Assembly: GCA_018813295.1 (NCBI GenBank)
Contig: JAHJBZ010000033.1
Coordinates: 7,422-71,421, forward strand
Direction of reading: 5' to 3'
DNA length: 64,000 nt
Origin: Patescibacteria group bacterium
GTDB taxonomy: Bacteria; Patescibacteriota; Gracilibacteria; UM-FILTER-43-11
Shown: in pieces, positions 9,230-18,201 of the stretch
Layout: each line of letters begins with the position of its first letter
Numbering within the stretch: position 1 is the first letter of the stretch
Program-made: the position numbers and the translations under genes
The notes under the pieces: generated by a model
Seen by the model: the letters and a program-made list of their open reading frames with translations, nothing else
The model's database searches: none
What the model was told of the DNA's origin: nothing

Positions 9230-11371
9230 ATGGCAAGAAGAGTAACGTCTGCCAGACACAACAGACGACTTAAAAAAAAGGATTTTAAGATTGAATTGGA
9301 ATCTCATGTTGCACGCGAGGTTGGTGCGATTATTTATTTAGGTTTGGCCGCTGTTTTTTATCTGGTGATTAGTGGTAGGGCAGGGATTCTTGGCGAATGG
9401 GTAAATACCTATCTCAGACTTATTTTTGGAATAGGAATCCTAGCGCTTCCGGTACTTTTTTTGGCACTGGCGGTGACCTTATTTGTATCCAGGCGGATCA
9501 GGTTGGATACAACTCGTTATTTAGGGATTGGATTACTGCTTTTTTCGGGATTGGGACTTGTGCACATGCGTACTCCTATGGACGCGATGCTAGATAATGT
9601 TGAATTACATGGAGGATATGTCGGTTTTTTGGCATCTGTTTTGCTTCGTATATTTATCTCCGATGTTGCCACAAGAGTAATACTTATTGTCGTTCTTATT
9701 ATCGCGATTTTGATCACCTTTGAGGTATCAATTAGGAAGTTAATCGCCTTAGTAATTCCTGATCGCCAAATAAAAGTTGGCACTAAACTACCTACTGTGG
9801 ATAGAAAAGCCAGGATGCTTAAAAAAGGTGAGGAGGAATTAAATATTGTAAAACCGCTTCTTAACAATAAGACGGAGGAGGAGGCCCAACCATTTAAAAT
9901 CAATAAGTCCCAACCAGTTAAAAAAGAGGAGGCGAAAATGAAGGTTGATGAAGCCGATTATAGTGATTGGGAATTCCCACCGTTCGACCTTCTTAGTTCA
10001 GCAAGTTCTGAGGTTTATGTAAGTGATAAAATTTTAAAGGAGAATGCGGAAAAGATTAAGGAAAAACTTATGCAGTTTGGTATCGATGTAACGATGAAAG
10101 ATGTAAATATCGGACCAACGGTTTTGCAATATACTCTTCAGCCTCATGAGGGAATTAAGCTGAATAAGATTACAGCTTTAAAAAATGATTTGGCTTTAGC
10201 TCTTGCTGCAAAGTCGATAAGAATGGAGGCGCCAATTCCTGGTAAATCCTTGGTGGGTATTGAGGTGCCGAATGAAAAAAGGATGATCGTACACCTGAGG
10301 GAAATGATCGAAAGCGAGGAGTTTAAGAGTGTTGATTCAAAGTTGCGTTTAGTTGTTGGCCGTGATGTTAGCGGCGCGCCTGTTATTGATGATTTGACTT
10401 TTATGCCGCATCTTTTAATTGCAGGTGCAACTGGTTCCGGTAAATCAGTTGGTATGAATGCGTTTTTGATTTCTTTGCTCTATCAAAATTCTCCGCGTGA
10501 TCTTAAGTTTATTATGATCGATCCAAAACGTGTGGAGCTTACAACTTACAACGGTATTCCGCATTTGCTCACTCCTGTTATAACTGACCCTGAAAAGGCG
10601 CATACGTCTCTTAAATGGGCAGTTGCAGAAATGAATCGTCGCTACAAGGAATTCCAGGAAAAGAAATATAGAAATATTGAGGAGTATAACGAAGGTGAAG
10701 AGAAAAAAATGTATAAGATTATTATTGTTATCGATGAGCTCGCTGATTTGATGATGCAGGCAACCAAAAAGGAAACGGAAGCTTTGATTTGCCGCATTGC
10801 CCAAATGGCTCGCGCTGTTGGCATTCATTTGATTATTGCAACACAAAGGCCAAGTGTGGATGTAATTACCGGTGTCATTAAAGCAAACATTCCTACCCGT
10901 ATTGCTTTTACTGTGACATCCGGTGTGGATAGTAGAACTATTATTGATACTGTTGGCGCTGAAGATTTACTTGGAATGGGTGATATGCTTTATCTCCCGG
11001 GCAATATGAGCAGGCCAATTAGAGTGCAGGGTGTTTATGTATCCAGTAAGGAGATAGAGAGGGTTAGCAATCGCGTAAAACTGACTATTGAACCAAGTTA
11101 TGATGAAAGTATTACAGAAATTTCATCTTCCGGTACTGGTATGGTTGGTTCTGATGGTGATGGATCGGATCAAGACAATTTGTTCGATGATGCTGTTCAG
11201 GTTATAAAGGACACAGGTAAGGCTTCTGCATCTTTACTTCAAAGACGTTTAAGTGTTGGTTATGCTCGTGCCGCAAGAATTTTGGATATAATGGAGGAGC
11301 ATGGACTTATTGGGCCGGCGAATGGAGCGAAACCACGTGAAATTTATATCACTGATAGTGATACTGATTGA
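9230..11371 (+). CDS. ftsK: DNA translocase FtsK/SpoIIIE
   Basis: 4TM N-terminus, PHLLIAGATGSGKS, IDELADLM, gamma domain ASLLQRRLSVGYARAAR. Confidence 0.97.
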   Translation: MARRVTSARHNRRLKKKDFKIELESHVAREVGAIIYLGLAAVFYLVISGRAGILGEWVNTYLRLIFGIGILALPVLFLALAVTLFVSRRIRLDTTRYLGIGLLLFSGLGLVHMRTPMDAMLDNVELHGGYVGFLASVLLRIFISDVATRVILIVVLIIAILITFEVSIRKLIALVIPDRQIKVGTKLPTVDRKARMLKKGEEELNIVKPLLNNKTEEEAQPFKINKSQPVKKEEAKMKVDEADYSDWEFPPFDLLSSASSEVYVSDKILKENAEKIKEKLMQFGIDVTMKDVNIGPTVLQYTLQPHEGIKLNKITALKNDLALALAAKSIRMEAPIPGKSLVGIEVPNEKRMIVHLREMIESEEFKSVDSKLRLVVGRDVSGAPVIDDLTFMPHLLIAGATGSGKSVGMNAFLISLLYQNSPRDLKFIMIDPKRVELTTYNGIPHLLTPVITDPEKAHTSLKWAVAEMNRRYKEFQEKKYRNIEEYNEGEEKKMYKIIIVIDELADLMMQATKKETEALICRIAQMARAVGIHLIIATQRPSVDVITGVIKANIPTRIAFTVTSGVDSRTIIDTVGAEDLLGMGDMLYLPGNMSRPIRVQGVYVSSKEIERVSNRVKLTIEPSYDESITEISSSGTGMVGSDGDGSDQDNLFDDAVQVIKDTGKASASLLQRRLSVGYARAARILDIMEEHGLIGPANGAKPREIYITDSDTD

Positions 11372-11476
11372 GGGACTAATTGAAGGACCAATAGAAGGAC
11401 CATTGTTGAACTAATGGTTGAACTAATCGATGAGTCCACCAATAAGTTCACCAATAAGTTCACCTATTAGTACAAC
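11370..11476. repeat. ~12-nt periodic inverted hairpin
   Basis: attgttgaacta atggttgaacta / aagttcaccaat aagttcacctat. Confidence 0.75.
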
Positions 11477-11485
11477 AATAGAAAA

Positions 11486-12202
11486 TTGCATAGATTTTAC
11501 CTCCCATCACTGGAAATTAAGGACAAAATGCTGATTATCAGCGATAAGCGTATCGTACACCAGACTGGTAAGGTTCTTAGAATGTGGAAGGAGGATAGAT
11601 TCCAGGTTTTTGATGATAATGGGGATGAGTTTGTGGTGGAAATTGAAAGTATTAATAAATTCAGGATCATAGCGGAAATTGTTGAAACCGTTAAAAGCGA
11701 TACCGAGCCATCTGTTGAAGTCAGCCTTTATCAGGCCGTTCCAAAAAAACCCGCCCTCTTTGAACTTGTAGTACAAAAAGCGACTGAGCTTGGGGTCGCC
11801 AGGATCTTCCCATTAATAACTGAAAGAACGGAAAAGAGGCGTATTACAAAATTCGAAAGGCTGTTCTCTATTGCCATGGAGGCAACCGAGCAAAGCGGAA
11901 GGACTAAGATTCCTGTAATACAACATCCGGTTACCTTTGAGGATGTGATTGGGGGCCTCAGCAATCCTTATATCGGATATGAGTATGAGGGGAAGAAATA
12001 TTTGCTGAATTACGGTGACTCGCTTTATAAAGGTAATGAACTTCAGATTATAATCGGACCCGAAGGAGGTTTATCTCAACATGAAATAGACTTAGCTAAA
12101 GAAGCAAAAGTAAAACCATTTACCTTGGGGCCTAGGATTTTAAGGACGGAGACTGCGGCAATTAGCGCGCTTAGTTTGGTGCTTTTGAGCAAGAAGGTTT
12201 AA
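11486..12202 (+). CDS. rsmE: 16S rRNA m3U1498 methyltransferase RsmE
   Basis: MHRFY, QKATELGV, EATEQSGR, IGPEGGL, LGPRILRTETA. Confidence 0.95.
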   Translation: MHRFYLPSLEIKDKMLIISDKRIVHQTGKVLRMWKEDRFQVFDDNGDEFVVEIESINKFRIIAEIVETVKSDTEPSVEVSLYQAVPKKPALFELVVQKATELGVARIFPLITERTEKRRITKFERLFSIAMEATEQSGRTKIPVIQHPVTFEDVIGGLSNPYIGYEYEGKKYLLNYGDSLYKGNELQIIIGPEGGLSQHEIDLAKEAKVKPFTLGPRILRTETAAISALSLVLLSKKV

Positions 12203-12203
12203 G

Positions 12204-12290
12204 CCGACGGAGCATGGGCTCTTCCTTGGTTCGACGGCTGTCAGCTTACAGCTGAGGAACCAGGGTATCCGCCGCGGCGGACTCCATCAG
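12204..12290. repeat. Modular GC-rich repeat (CCGACGGAG...TCGACGGCTGTCAG plus CCGCCGCGGCGGA module)
   Basis: Both modules shared with 56301-56380; first module shared with 16877 and 25761. Confidence 0.8.
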
Positions 12291-12295
12291 ATAAA

Positions 12296-12778
12296 TTACT
12301 CAGCTACCTCTTCTCCACACTCCCCTTTCACATAAGTATCGACGTTTCCACTTGCACATGCTCCGCAGGCATTTCCGTATGTAACTCCGTCATCACCACA
12401 AACCGGGGTGTAATCCATTGTGCAGATTTCCGCTGCTTTTTGTTCTTCGGTACATGTTTGTGAGGAGGTTTCCTCCTCATCAGCCTCTTCTTCATCATCA
12501 CCAAAAACATTGCTGACCTTGTCTACGGTTTCACCCACAGCATCCACAGCATCGCTAACTGTATCAATTGCATCCTCAACACCTTCTTTGGTGTCTTCGA
12601 CTTTATCCACAACATCAGATACTTTGTCTTTTACCCGATCATACTCCTCAGCAACATTATCCCGTTTTTCCGTAAAGCTATCCTTTACGCCCTGAACATA
12701 TTCATCAACAGAAGGTATTTGAAGTAAAACAAAAGCGATAACAAATATTGAAACAAGTATTAGTAATTTTTTAGCCAT
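12296..12778 (-). CDS. Membrane-anchored protein with amphipathic helical repeats and C-terminal Kazal-type domain
   Basis: CTMDYTPVCGDDGVTYGNACGAC...GEC Kazal signature; N-terminal TM. Confidence 0.8.
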   Translation of the reverse strand: MAKKLLILVSIFVIAFVLLQIPSVDEYVQGVKDSFTEKRDNVAEEYDRVKDKVSDVVDKVEDTKEGVEDAIDTVSDAVDAVGETVDKVSNVFGDDEEEADEEETSSQTCTEEQKAAEICTMDYTPVCGDDGVTYGNACGACASGNVDTYVKGECGEEVAE

Positions 12779-12842
12779 GATTATTTTGGTTAATTGACGC
12801 AACAATTATATCAATTACCGATGCTTAATGTCCAATGACCGA

Positions 12843-12883
12843 TATTGTTGTTTCGTCGTGTCGTCGTTTCGCTGTATCGTTAT
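12843..12883. repeat. 8-nt periodic arm (ACGAAACA family, reverse orientation)
   Basis: tgttgttt cgtcgtgt cgtcgttt cgctgtat cgtt. Confidence 0.65.
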
Positions 12884-12938
12884 TATTGCTCTTTTAAAAA
12901 AAACACATTAATTTAATATTAGCTAAAGAAATATAAAT

Positions 12939-13706
12939 ATGTCCCAATTTTCAAGCAGCATAATCCCATCACTTTTATTTTTCTTATTATTTTTTGTCGC
13001 TTTTTCCCTGATTGAGCTAATTATAATTTTTGTTTTAAACCGCTTGGGGAAGCGATATTGGGAGTTTGTGATAGATAAATTAATCAGGCTTAAGGTGCAT
13101 CATGGCAGGGCAATTGAGCTATTGGCTGCTGCCGGAATTTTGATTGTTCTTGGAATTGTTTATTTTGCTACGCCGTTTTTTGAAATTCTGGGGGCAGCGA
13201 CTCCTACAATGAAGATTTTGATCATTTGTTTACTTGCGGTGATGCTTTTGATTTATATAACGACTACCAGAAAAGTGACCAGAATGGTGCTAGAAAAAAA
13301 AGTTCATCGATATATTTATTTTATTTTATCGATAATTTTCTTTGTTTTTATCGTAATAATGGCGGATCAGAGTTTTAATTCTTATCAAAATTACATAAAT
13401 ACCCAATTTGTTGATCCAACTATTAAAAATATACAGTTTGAACTAGATGAGCGGGAGGAGAAAAGATTACTTACTTTGTTTAGGGAAGATTATTTGGAAG
13501 GTAGATGTGAGCAGGTTGATTATAGCGAAAAGGAGGAAGCAGGACTTACTCATTTTGTATATATTACTACCGATATAGAATTTGCGACTATGAAAACATT
13601 GGAGCAAAGTATGGGCGCTCCTACTATTGGTTATGAATGTACGGATGGTATAAACAGCTTCATTCTGACTGATGAAGGTAAGTGGTATTGGGTTATTGCT
13701 GAATAA
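12939..13706 (+). CDS. Hypothetical multi-pass membrane protein
   Basis: 255-aa ORF with 4 hydrophobic segments and a soluble C-terminal domain. Confidence 0.7.
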   Translation: MSQFSSSIIPSLLFFLLFFVAFSLIELIIIFVLNRLGKRYWEFVIDKLIRLKVHHGRAIELLAAAGILIVLGIVYFATPFFEILGAATPTMKILIICLLAVMLLIYITTTRKVTRMVLEKKVHRYIYFILSIIFFVFIVIMADQSFNSYQNYINTQFVDPTIKNIQFELDEREEKRLLTLFREDYLEGRCEQVDYSEKEEAGLTHFVYITTDIEFATMKTLEQSMGAPTIGYECTDGINSFILTDEGKWYWVIAE

Positions 13707-13709
13707 AAC

Positions 13710-13737
13710 TTGACAATATCCGACAATAGTATACAAT
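13710..13737 (+). promoter_or_regulatory. Putative sigma70 promoter of orphan gene
   Basis: TTGACA-16-TACAAT. Confidence 0.5.
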
Positions 13738-13765
13738 TATCATCCTTACCACTAATAAAATTAGT

Positions 13766-14218
13766 ATGCCCACTCATGTATTAGGCGGAGGACCAGTTGA
13801 GGATGACTATGATAAAAAGCCGCCGGAAAATTCAGAAATACCACCAAATGTTCAAGAAATTTATGATCTTTTTTTAGCTGCTGGATACAAAGATGCTCCT
13901 GATTCAATGCCTGGATTAGATGATGAAATTCTTATGGTAAATCGTGATGGAGTTCTTGTGCGGATTTATTCTATTGGTGGAAAAGTTGAATTATGTACTA
14001 GCAAAATGCATACAGATTCGATTGTAGATCTTTTTGATGGTGCAGAAGGATATCCAGCAAAAACACCTGATGAAGTATTGGATTCTACAGGAAAATTTTA
14101 TCTAGACAGCAAAGGTCCAGGAGCCCGTGGCCAATTATATTCTGTTGAAGCAATTGGCAGTTCCCGACTTGCTCGGCTTGCACATAGAGGTAGAAAATTA
14201 CTGGATAAAGTTCTTTAG
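13766..14218 (+). CDS. Hypothetical protein (orphan-like)
   Basis: 150-aa ORF with own promoter; no recognisable motif. Confidence 0.6.
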   Translation: MPTHVLGGGPVEDDYDKKPPENSEIPPNVQEIYDLFLAAGYKDAPDSMPGLDDEILMVNRDGVLVRIYSIGGKVELCTSKMHTDSIVDLFDGAEGYPAKTPDEVLDSTGKFYLDSKGPGARGQLYSVEAIGSSRLARLAHRGRKLLDKVL

Positions 14219-15375
14219 AACTCAAATTCTATCTCATCCTCATGCATCTGTCCGTAGATGTCGTATTGTCTGATGATTAATGTTAGATCTTCTCCTTGGC
14301 GGCTGTCTTTTTTTAGTACGCGCATGTAGTTTTTATACCAATTGTAATATATAAATTCCCGCTCACCATTTACTTCAAAAATTACGGTTTGCCTTTGGTA
14401 AGAATCAACCTTATCCCAATCAAAAAGGAATGAGCTGGATGTTTCTTCTGTTTTGGTTAAATTTATTTCTGTTGGTTCAGCTGCCTCTGTTCGTCTGACT
14501 GAACCGCTTGGTGCAGTACTTACTTCTTCGCTCCAATCGGAACTCATGTTGCCGCTTGTGTCGACGGATAGAACGTAGAAATAATAAGTATCATTGTTTT
14601 CTAAACCGGTGACTTCGTAATTTAATCCGTTAACTATTATCTGATTTGGCATTTCGCTAACTTCATAATTATCGAGATTAAGGTTGTGTGTGGAATAACT
14701 GACTATGTAATATGCAATGCCGACGTTATCGGTTGCCGCATCCCAAGAAAGGAAAACTGATTCGTCTCCGGGAACAGCTAATACATCGCGGACCATATCG
14801 GGCGACATTGTATCTTCGCCGGATTCTGAGCTTGCCTGCGAATCATCCTCCTCAATTTCATCAACATTGCTTAAATAGCATTGTCCCTCGTTATCCGGTA
14901 GATAGATTATGTCGCTTTTACGTAACTGGCTGCTGGACTGAAGATAGTAAATTGATGAAAGCCCCCATACATCACTACACTGCGATCCATAATAAATTCT
15001 GAATTGATTGTTATCCTCAGTTGTAACAATTGCGCTTGTTTTGGAGGTATATACGGAATTGATGGTAAGCTGTCCAGTAATTTCCTCTGCCTGATCTATA
15101 TCACATTGGCGATAGGAATTTACTATTAAAGAATCTCCGCTGGTATCTAAAGTGTTACGGATGTTGATAGTAACAGTTGATTCGTTACTTACCTCATCGC
15201 AATTGCCATCATAATGAAGCAGCCATTTTTCGTCATCGCCTCTGCGCTGGATAATCAGATTATTTTCCCTTTCATCGAAAGAAAGAACTGTAACTCGCTC
15301 TGTTTTTTCATATGCCGCATTAGCAAGCGGAGCGATTAGTATCAGGGTGATGAGTGTGAGGAGTAATTTTTTCAT
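14215..15375 (-). CDS. Secreted protein with fibronectin type III domain (paralog family A)
   Basis: Signal peptide; AVPGDESVFLSWD...VTGLENNDTYYFYVLSVD FN3. Confidence 0.8.
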   Translation of the reverse strand: MKKLLLTLITLILIAPLANAAYEKTERVTVLSFDERENNLIIQRRGDDEKWLLHYDGNCDEVSNESTVTINIRNTLDTSGDSLIVNSYRQCDIDQAEEITGQLTINSVYTSKTSAIVTTEDNNQFRIYYGSQCSDVWGLSSIYYLQSSSQLRKSDIIYLPDNEGQCYLSNVDEIEEDDSQASSESGEDTMSPDMVRDVLAVPGDESVFLSWDAATDNVGIAYYIVSYSTHNLNLDNYEVSEMPNQIIVNGLNYEVTGLENNDTYYFYVLSVDTSGNMSSDWSEEVSTAPSGSVRRTEAAEPTEINLTKTEETSSSFLFDWDKVDSYQRQTVIFEVNGEREFIYYNWYKNYMRVLKKDSRQGEDLTLIIRQYDIYGQMHEDEIEFEF

Positions 15376-15389
15376 AATAATTTTTTAGT

Positions 15390-15450
15390 ATTAAGTTATA
15401 AGTCTTAAGGATTAAGCCAGCTTACAACTTAGGACTTATAACTTATAGCT
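15390..15450. repeat. 7-nt periodic inverted hairpin (TAAG/CTTA family)
   Basis: ttaagtt ataagtc ttaagga ttaagc / cttacaa cttagga cttataa cttatag. Confidence 0.8.
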
Positions 15451-15479
15451 CGTTACATTCTACAGCTCAAAACAAAAAT

Positions 15480-16331
15480 TTAAAAACTGAATGATATTTC
15501 ATCCTTATACATTTGCCCGTAAATGTCATATTGTTTGACAATTAATTTTAAATCTTTCCCTCCACGGTTATCCCGTTTAAGTATTCGCATGTAGCTCCTC
15601 CTCCAGTTATAAGCAATAAACAATCTTTCCCCATCTCCTTCGAGGATAATAGTCTGCCTTTGGTAATTATCAACCATATTCCAGTTGAAAAGGAAGGATT
15701 CAAATGTTTCCTCGGTTTCTGTTAAATTAATTCCCGTTGGCTCCGTGGTAATGATAACACTTTCCTCTTTTATTTCTTCTTCCTCCTTTTCTCCTTCAAC
15801 TGCCGGCGCGGAATATCTCTTTTTAACGTATGACAAAGTGCAAGAGCCTTGATTATTCGGAAGATAAATTATATCTGCAGTTGCAATATTAAAGCCGACT
15901 TTATAAAGATAAATTTCATCTCTCCAATATCTAGGCATACTAAGACATCTTGCATCGTATTCAATATCGTACCCATTCCCTTTTTCGTCTGTAACAAGTG
16001 CAGTTCTGTTTGCAAATACCTGATCCAGGATCAGCAGGCCGTTTATTTCCACTGCTTGATCGATATAACATGTATCATGATTTTCATCTACAAGCCTGTC
16101 TCCATTTGAATTTAATGTGCCGCGTATGGCTATGGTGACCTGGTCAGCCCCTTCTAAATCACAACTACCCATGTAATGAAGGAGCAGAGTTCCCCCTTCA
16201 TGTTCTATGATTAAATTATTTTCTCTGGAATTTAATGAGAGTATGTCGAAGTCCTGCGTGTACTCATATTCTGCACTCGCGAATGGTGCGAGTAGCATTA
16301 AAGTGATAAGTGTTGCAATAAATCTTTTCAT
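15480..16331 (-). CDS. Secreted protein, paralog of 14215-15375 lacking FN3
   Basis: Shared RENNLII, IDQA, DIIYLP.N.G.C and near-identical C-terminus QYDIYGQM. Confidence 0.8.
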   Translation of the reverse strand: MKRFIATLITLMLLAPFASAEYEYTQDFDILSLNSRENNLIIEHEGGTLLLHYMGSCDLEGADQVTIAIRGTLNSNGDRLVDENHDTCYIDQAVEINGLLILDQVFANRTALVTDEKGNGYDIEYDARCLSMPRYWRDEIYLYKVGFNIATADIIYLPNNQGSCTLSYVKKRYSAPAVEGEKEEEEIKEESVIITTEPTGINLTETEETFESFLFNWNMVDNYQRQTIILEGDGERLFIAYNWRRSYMRILKRDNRGGKDLKLIVKQYDIYGQMYKDEISFSF

Positions 16332-16339
16332 AATATTGT

Positions 16340-16390
16340 GTTAGCGTTAAGGATTAAGCGTTAAGGATTAAGCTGAATTCTGAATTTTTA
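16340..16390. repeat. 7-nt periodic arm overlapping the tilS 3' end
   Basis: ttagcg ttaagga ttaagcg ttaagga ttaagc tgaattc tgaatt. Confidence 0.7.
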
Positions 16391-17613
16391 ACCCCCTCAG
16401 CTAATCTCAAGTCACCGACTGAAACAATAATATCATTTTTATCAACGATGATAGGAATTTGGTGGCGTAAATGGCGAGGGACTTTGCTGTCTACAAAGAA
16501 ATCCTGCAACTTTTTACTGCCTTTCATGCCACTTGGCTGAAATCGATCACCCTTTTTCCATGCACGGACGTAGAGTCCGGACTTGTCGGATTTCAGCTTC
16601 CAGACTCCCCATTTAATGCCCTTGGCGGTGATTTTTGCTGTTGGGAGACTTGGAGTCCGGACTCCAAGTAAAATATTGTCATATTCGATGAAAAAATCCT
16701 TATTTTTAACCGTTAACTGCCTCCCGGACTTGCCGTTTTCAATGAAATCGAGTAAGCGATTGATTGATTTTTGATATAAATCCTTCGCCCCCAAAATTTG
16801 AATCAGGATTTCTGATTTTAGATCATCGGACAGCTTGTTAAATTCACTGCGATTGAATTGGTTGCCTCTGACGGAGTTCCGACGGAGCCCCGCTAAGCGG
16901 GGGTTCGTTCGGCTGTTTTCCATATTTTCCCTGACCCAGCCGTCGGATTTTTTGGAGATAGTTTCCAGTTTTTCCTTCGCCTTTTTGCTAATGCTTTGGA
17001 TTTTTTTAGCGAGATTGGCACCTCTAAAATACGGGATTACCAAATGCCTCCAATAATTCCTGTCATTACTCAAATCATAATTACTGCGATCTGTGCGGTA
17101 TGGGAGGTTGTTTTCCTTTGCATAATTAACGACATCTAGACGCTTTACGTCCAAAAGCGGACGAATGATGTTGCCGCTTTGAAATTCCATTCCAATTTGC
17201 CCACGTAGACCTGCCCCACGAGCCATATGCATTAAAATTGTTTCGATTTGGTCATTAAGGTGGTGTGCAACGGCAATAAAATCAGCATTATGCTTATTTC
17301 GGACTTCCTCTAAAAATTGATAACGGATTTGGCGAGCATTATTTTCCAGGTTTCCGGTTTTTGGAATCGTTGCTTTTTTAGTAACACATTCCACTCCCCA
17401 CTCTTTTGCTAAATTGCGGACTAACTGTTCGTCTGCATCACTTTCCTCCTCTCGCAGTTTGTGGTTTAGGTGGGCAATTACGACGTCGTAATCCAATTGT
17501 AAAAGAACGTGGGCTAGCACCACACTATCCACTCCACCGGACACGGCAATAACTACCTTTTTGAAAGGCGGAATTTTTTTTAGGCCGGATTGGACAGATT
17601 TAGTGAAATTCAT
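16354..17613 (-). CDS. tilS: tRNA(Ile)-lysidine synthetase
   Basis: AVSGGVDS PP-loop, AHLNHKLR, AHHLNDQIET, IRPLL, C-terminal KKLQDFFVDSKVP. Confidence 0.95.
   Translation of the reverse strand: MNFTKSVQSGLKKIPPFKKVVIAVSGGVDSVVLAHVLLQLDYDVVIAHLNHKLREEESDADEQLVRNLAKEWGVECVTKKATIPKTGNLENNARQIRYQFLEEVRNKHNADFIAVAHHLNDQIETILMHMARGAGLRGQIGMEFQSGNIIRPLLDVKRLDVVNYAKENNLPYRTDRSNYDLSNDRNYWRHLVIPYFRGANLAKKIQSISKKAKEKLETISKKSDGWVRENMENSRTNPRLAGLRRNSVRGNQFNRSEFNKLSDDLKSEILIQILGAKDLYQKSINRLLDFIENGKSGRQLTVKNKDFFIEYDNILLGVRTPSLPTAKITAKGIKWGVWKLKSDKSGLYVRAWKKGDRFQPSGMKGSKKLQDFFVDSKVPRHLRHQIPIIVDKNDIIVSVGDLRLAEGVKNSEFSLILNA
16868..16916. repeat. CCGACGGAG/CCCGCTAAGCGGG element inserted in-frame in tilS
   Basis: ttccgacggagccccgctaagcgggggttcgttcggctgt; matches reverse complement of 25761-25800. 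Confidence 0.85.
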
Positions 17614-17659
17614 ACTAAGCCAAGTATACGATTAAAAATGCATGTTGTTAAATTAAGTG

Positions 17660-17688
17660 TTGATAAGTGAACATATGTTTACTAAAAT
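17660..17688 (+). promoter_or_regulatory. Promoter with operator-like palindrome upstream of PemK-like gene
   Basis: TTGATA-17-TAAAAT; spacer is AGTGAACAT|ATGTTTACT (1 mismatch). Confidence 0.65.
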
Positions 17689-17716
17689 GAAGTTGATGAA
17701 TTTTTATGGTATCTAA

Positions 17717-18118
17717 ATGAATAATCAGTACAAAAAGAATTTTTGGGATTGGCATGAGATTAAAAATGCCATACATCATACCAGCAAAAAACAAGTCTAT
17801 TTTTATGAAAGGGAAATATGGTTTTGTTCTTTAGGGGTAAATGTTGGTCATGAGCAAGACGGAGGTAGTAAAACATTTAAAAGACCTGTTTTAGTATTAA
17901 AAAAATTTAATAAAGAAACATTTTGGGGTATTCCAATCACAAGTAAAAACAAAATAGACAAATATCATTTTCAATTCCAGTATAAAAACAGAAGATATTC
18001 TCTTATATTGTCTCAAGTTCGCCTCTTAGATTCAAAAAGGCTAATAAAAAAAATTAATTCACTTTCGAAGAAAGAATTTGATCAGATTAAAGAACAATTT
18101 GTAAAAATTCTTCAATAA
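17717..18118 (+). CDS. PemK/MazF-family toxin-like protein (no adjacent protein antitoxin)
   Basis: EREIWFCSLGVNVGHEQDG, KRPVLVLKK, GIPITSK, LSQVRLLDSKRL. Confidence 0.85.
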   Translation: MNNQYKKNFWDWHEIKNAIHHTSKKQVYFYEREIWFCSLGVNVGHEQDGGSKTFKRPVLVLKKFNKETFWGIPITSKNKIDKYHFQFQYKNRRYSLILSQVRLLDSKRLIKKINSLSKKEFDQIKEQFVKILQ

Positions 18119-18172
18119 AAATGACCCCACTTTCCATGGAAGGGGGATCATTGGAGGCCGAAGCCGATAGTG
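18116..18172 (-). ncRNA. Candidate small RNA convergent with the PemK-like gene
   Basis: Minus-strand TG-a-TAAAAT at 18178-18186, GGC-TTCG-GCC hairpin, then GC-rich hairpin and T-tract. Confidence 0.4.
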
Positions 18173-18201
18173 CCTGTATTTTATCAAAGATTTTAAATAA
18201 A

